In this document: one piece after another, positions 58,635 to 64,000 of the stretch
Layout: the number at the start of each line of letters is the position of its first letter
How positions within the stretch are numbered: position 1 is the stretch's first letter
Source: Octopus vulgaris
Taxonomy: Eukaryota
Direction of reading: 5' to 3'
Assembly (NCBI GenBank): GCA_951406725.2
Contig: OX597825.1
Location: 84,630,001 to 84,694,000, forward strand
Length of the DNA: 64,000 nt
Position numbers and translations under genes: made by a program
Notes under the pieces: model-generated
The model's database searches: none
What the model saw: only the letters and a program-made list of their open reading frames with translations
What the model was told of the DNA's origin: nothing

Positions 58635-58666
<32 letters not shown>

Positions 58667-58728
58667 TATACATATGCATATGTTCATACCTAAATACATA
58701 TTTATATACACACGCATATATGGGCGTC

Positions 58729-58956
58729 AAAAAACAAAAGTGAACAAAATGAAAAACGAGAACATAAAAAACAAAAACATGATAAACGAACTTCTGTTTC
58801 GAACAGCAAAAGAAACAAATGGAGAAACGAGGCAGGCAACATAAAGAACAATCCCTTCATCAGTTGTCCTCTGTTTCATTTACACCGCGTGTCGAATGTT
58901 TTCCATGTTTTTGTTTTTTTATGTTCTCGTTTTTCATTTTGTTCATGTTTTTTTTA
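58729..58956. repeat. inverted repeat (~50-bp arms), probably PLE-like
   Basis: tgaacaaaatgaaaaacgagaacataaaaaacaaaaacatg pairs with catgtttttgtttttttatgttctcgtttttcattttgttca; CTGATGA on the minus strand of the spacer. Confidence 0.8.
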
Positions 58957-59012
58957 TTCCTGTACCCATATATGCATGTATATATACATGTATATGTAGG
59001 TAGGTACATATG

Positions 59013-59056
<44 letters not shown>

Positions 59057-59161
59057 TAAACATATATATATATATAGTATTTATATTAATATATGATCGA
59101 ACGCAACACATCCACTTCCAATTAAGTTGTGTGTATATATATATATATGTATATATATATT

Positions 59162-59217
<56 letters not shown>

Positions 59218-60004
59218 CATACATACATACATACATACATACATGCACATATACAGTGACTAAGAAATGGAAATTAGCTTAGTATAAGTAACGCAAAATA
59301 GTGCTCAAAATCATGGGGACTTAAAATTCGACTTTTTCATACAAATCCGGCGCTTCTGCATCCAATGCTTTAACAGCAATCATTATCGTGCTGTTATGGC
59401 AGTAGTAAGGCAGTTAAGCACAGGTAAGTTTGAACCCTACGTTTACATGGAGCAGGAAAAGTATTGAATGCAGAATTAAGAAGAGATAAATGACGAGAAG
59501 AGCCGTGTCAACATTGTAAAAAAAGTAGGCATTTGCCACAGTACGTTTGGGAAAAGGCGCCAAACTTATTTAAAAAATTGCATCAAGAATTGTCGCCGGA
59601 TACATAAAACTATGAGATCATGGACATATTGCACGTTTACACGGTTCTTACGTAATTTAAGGCCATCTTGAAACAGCTGTCGCTTTGTTTTCTTTTTTTC
59701 TTTATTCTGTAATCTGTACACACACGCTAATGTATGTAAATATATATTCACATATATTCAAAACAATAATGAACTTCTTTACTACTCTCAACTTGAAATT
59801 TATAACTATTATACCTACTACCCACAAAACACCACCACATGGATCCTATTGAGACCAGTAAGAAACAATTATGAACTTTTCTATTACACTTTACTTTTAA
59901 AAATATTTTTGTTAAGGTTCGTTTTTTCAAGAACCGAAACATGTAAAATTCATAAGAAAATTAAAATTAATATAATATAGTGGTGTTTTTCAAACTTCTT
60001 TTTC

Positions 60005-60070
<66 letters not shown>

Positions 60071-60324
60071 CGACAAACAAATACACACAAACACACACAC
60101 ATACACACATATTCATTTATATGTATGTATATAAATGTACGCAAGTATTTTTATTGACCCGCTTCTAAAATAAACATTGATATTTTGTAATGCTTGTGCG
60201 GTACTTTGCTCATCAAGTGATAATTTTTACGCTGCCTGCATAAAGTTCACTCGGGCGAATTGAATTGGTTTCGGAGGTGAGCTGGGTATGTGGCACTGAT
60301 GGAAATATTGCGAAATATCAATAT

Positions 60325-61143
60325 ATATAATCCTCGATCATTTCTGAGGCGGTTTCGTTTTGGCTTATCTCCTCAGTATATCGCGGGTTTCTGCAGCTGA
60401 TCGGTATTATTTATATATTTTTAGATTTTAATTATTTCTGTGGTAAAATAAGCATTTTCACGCATAAAAATTAATAAATTAATAAGTAAAAGTACAGTAC
60501 AGTACTTTACTATATAACGCATTAATTAGAATATGTTAAAAGGTGGTAAGTATCTTGTTTACGAACCACATGATTCCGTGTCCAGTCCCACTGTGTGGCA
60601 CCTTGGGCAAGTATCTTCTGCTGTAGCCTCGACCCGACCAAAGCCTTGTGAGTGGATTTGATAGACGAAAACTGAAAGAAGCCCCTCGTATATATGTATG
60701 TCTGTGTATATGTTTGTGTGTCTATGTTTGTTCCCCCAATATCGCTTGACTACCGATGCTCGTGTGTTTACGTCCCCGTAACTTAGCGGTTCGGCAAAGA
60801 GACCAATAGAATAAGTACTAGGCTTACAAAGAATAAGTCCTGCGGTCGATTTGCTCGACTAAAAGCGGTGTTCCAGCATGGCCTCAGTTATATGAGTTAA
60901 ATAAGTAAAAGAGTAAAAGAGAGTATACCGCAGATGAGTAAACAAAGACTTGCACATACTGCAAGGAAAACGAAATTCGGGAGACGAGTGTGTGGTGTTG
61001 TCTTGTGTTTATAATAAAATAAATATATACAAATTATAAAAATAATTTTCAAAAATATACAGTATTGGTTTTACTTCGCGGATATTCACCTATCACAGGG
61101 GTTTGGGAACGGAACACCGGCGATCGCTGATGGATTACTGTAT
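60325..61143. mobile_element. pogo/Tigger-like MITE with a nested SINE
   Basis: Right end cgcggatattcacctatc...ggattactgTA resembles Tigger-type termini; left end taatcctcg is decayed. Confidence 0.45.
60543..60922 (+). mobile_element. family B SINE
   Basis: Well-conserved copy. Confidence 0.9.
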
Positions 61144-61515
61144 AGAAACCATTTGCAGATTTGTATGCTTGACAAACATTTGTATAGTGCGGAATACCTG
61201 GGCCAAAGCTTTTCACAGTGAAAAAAATAATCTGTTTTATTTATCTTTGCCCACGATATAAATGACACACAATATGACAGAAATATTTTTGAATTTACTA
61301 TATAGTGATACTACCTCTGTAGAGCGTTCGGTTTCGGGGACCGTAACCTCTCATCGCACATGTTTCAAAATACAGAACCCCTTTCTGATCTGCGGCATAA
61401 ACTATTAGAGAAGTTGAGTTGAGATAAAAGCTCACCGAAGCGGGGAATATATTGCAAAACACACTTTTATATCCATGAAAAATAAAATATAATGACTAGC
61501 AATATAAATGTATGC

Positions 61516-61588
<73 letters not shown>

Positions 61589-61882
61589 TGTGTGTGTGTG
61601 TGTGTTTGATAGCTTCCGTGTCATTTCCCGCTCTCTCTTCTTGAAACAAATGCAGAAGCTATTTTAACTTTTTACAAATTGTGCTCTTTTCTAAGTAGCA
61701 GTAGGAGCCGCAGCAGTAGCCGTTCAAGAATTTGGACCTGGAGATCTCCATTTCCAGCGACTTCCAGGGCCACATCCCAGTGATGTCGGGCGTCAACGAA
61801 GAGTCCTCGAATATATATTTTTTTCTCCAATGTCTGGGGTCTCCTGCCCCTAATCTCTAGACCATCACCTAATGACCCTTAC

Positions 61883-62237
61883 CCGTCTTGTTGCTTAACA
61901 ACAACAACAGGAGCAACAGCAGCAGTAATCGTCGTATATGTTGTTGTTGTTGTTGTTGTTGTCGTATTTGTAGTGACCTGCGTCCAGTTATGTTTCTCTA
62001 TTGTGAACATCCTGTTGTCTCGTCATCGTTGCAACCTTGGCAAGAGACGAAGCAGTCAAAGATGATAAGGATAAGAGAAAGGGCGACGGGAAGGGATGAT
62101 GGGGGTGGGGAACGGAGATTAAGGGAGAAGGTACCGGCTTTATCAGCACCAGCTTTATCAGCAATAACAGCAGCAGCACTAAGGCCACATGTGTCAGCAG
62201 CGACAGCAACATGTGTAGGAAAATACTTTCGCTGGAT
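61883..62237 (-). other. candidate 355-nt non-coding (5' UTR) exon
   Basis: Acceptor tattctcttcttcctcacAG and donor GG|GTAAGG; stops in all three frames; unique sequence. Confidence 0.35.
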
Positions 62238-62384
62238 CTGTGAGGAAGAAGAGAATATAGTATATAAATAGACAGCGGTTTAATAGAATGATGGAACGGC
62301 AGAATGACGGAATATGGAATGAGGAAATAATAAAGTAGGGCTTGTACAGAATATCTTGTATGTATGAAGGCGTGCGTAATTCTA

Positions 62385-62596
62385 CTGGCCTGTGGGTGTG
62401 TGGTACGTAGCTTGCTTACCAACCACATGGCTTCGGGTTCGGTCCCACTACGTGGTAACTTGAGCCAGTGTCTTCTACAATAGCCTCGGGCCGACCAAAG
62501 CCTTGTGAGTGGATATGGTAGAAGGAAACTGGAAGAAGCCCGTCGTATACATACACAAATACATATGTACTCAAACGTACATACATACACACAAAC

Positions 62597-62638
<42 letters not shown>

Positions 62639-62840
62639 CTGTGTTTGTCCCTCCCCCAACATCACTTGACAACCGATGCTGGTGTGTTTACGCCCCTGTA
62701 AATTAGTAGTTCGACAAGAGAGACCGATAGAATAGGTAATAGACTTACAAAGAATTAGTCATCCGGTCGATTTGTTCGAGTAAACGCGGTGCTCCAGCAT
62801 GGCCGGAGTTAAACGACTGAAACAAAAAAGAAGAAAAAGA
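62385..62840 (+). mobile_element. family B SINE
   Basis: Colinear with 17683-18070. Confidence 0.88.
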
Positions 62841-62868
62841 GTATATCTATATGTATATATATATATGG

Positions 62869-62913
<45 letters not shown>

Positions 62914-62983
62914 TAGATATATATTTTCATTAAAGCTGTAAAATTATATAAATACATGTGTGCATGTGTGTTTCTCTGAATAA

Positions 62984-63030
<47 letters not shown>

Positions 63031-63155
63031 TGCTCGAGTAGATATGTGTGTTGATGGATGTGTGTGTGGGTAGACATTTTTGTGCAGATATGTCTGTTGG
63101 TATTTGTGTCTGTTTATGCATGTGTGCTTACGTCAGAGCGTGTGAAATCGTGTGA

Positions 63156-63196
<41 letters not shown>

Positions 63197-63544
63197 CGTG
63201 AGTGGGAATATCACCAGCAGTGCGTGTGTGTGTGCGTGTGTGCAAGCTTTATTGTATGCGTGTGTGTTTGGTGCATGTTTTCAGCTGGTGCGTATGTGAA
63301 TGCGCGCATGAAATTATTTGTGTGTATGTTTTCCTCCAAGTTGGAACATTGTTGTGTGTGCGTGTGTGTGCGTATTTGTTACAATTTGCGCGTGTGTATA
63401 GTATATATATACATATTTCTTTACACATACGCACGCAAATAAACACACACACACAAGTACATGTATACGTGCGTAGAGAGTGAGAGGTAGTGATGCAGTT
63501 AAACACAATTAGGGTAAATGTGTATGCATGCATGTGTGTGGTGC

Positions 63545-63625
<81 letters not shown>

Positions 63626-63834
63626 GAGATTTACATATATATAGACGCACGTTTCCTATGTCAGTGCGTGAATGCGTGAGTCCTATGTGCGTGCACGCAC
63701 GTGTGTCTGTGTGTCCTGTGTGTCTGTGTGTCTGTGTGTGTGTGTAGCGTTTGTTTGGCAGAAAATACTTCACAAATGATAACTTCACCAATTGAGGGTT
63801 GCGGTGTGATGGTAGTGGTGATACTAATGGTATT

Positions 63835-63866
63835 AGAAGTAGTGTTGGTAGTAGCAATAGTAGTAA

Positions 63867-63925
<59 letters not shown>

Positions 63926-64000
63926 ACAGCAGCAGTAGTAGTAGTGGCAGCAGCAGTAGTAGTAGTAGTATTAATATTGGTAGTGATTGTAGTAGTAGTA
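63835..64000. repeat. (TAG)n/(CAG)n microsatellite
   Basis: Seen directly. Confidence 0.95.

Overview
Eukaryotic, AT-rich, extremely microsatellite-dense DNA with no complete protein-coding gene; nearly all ORFs in the track are microsatellite read-throughs. The repeat complement resembles an octopod cephalopod (Octopus) genome; this is an inference from recalled repeat families. Recognisable content: (i) many tRNA-derived SINEs of at least three families; (ii) LINE remnants read directly from translation: R4/Dong-type copies beside (AAT)n tracts, two CR1-type 3' ends, one RTE and one Hero; (iii) a decayed Tc1 transposase and a pogo/Tigger-like MITE; (iv) Penelope-like element (PLE) debris, including a GIY-YIG endonuclease fragment; (v) a candidate minus-strand gene whose first coding exon looks like a signal peptide ending at a phase-1 GTAAGT donor (50689-50758). 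The most notable signal is a dispersed set of minimal type-I hammerhead-ribozyme motifs (about 6 complete or near-complete, plus several variant or half sites) with palindromic stem III, several with long stem II inserts. They lie in mostly unrelated PLE-like families, some of which form fold-back structures in (TA)n tracts. All folds were paired by eye and no activity has been tested. Repeat boundaries are approximate.
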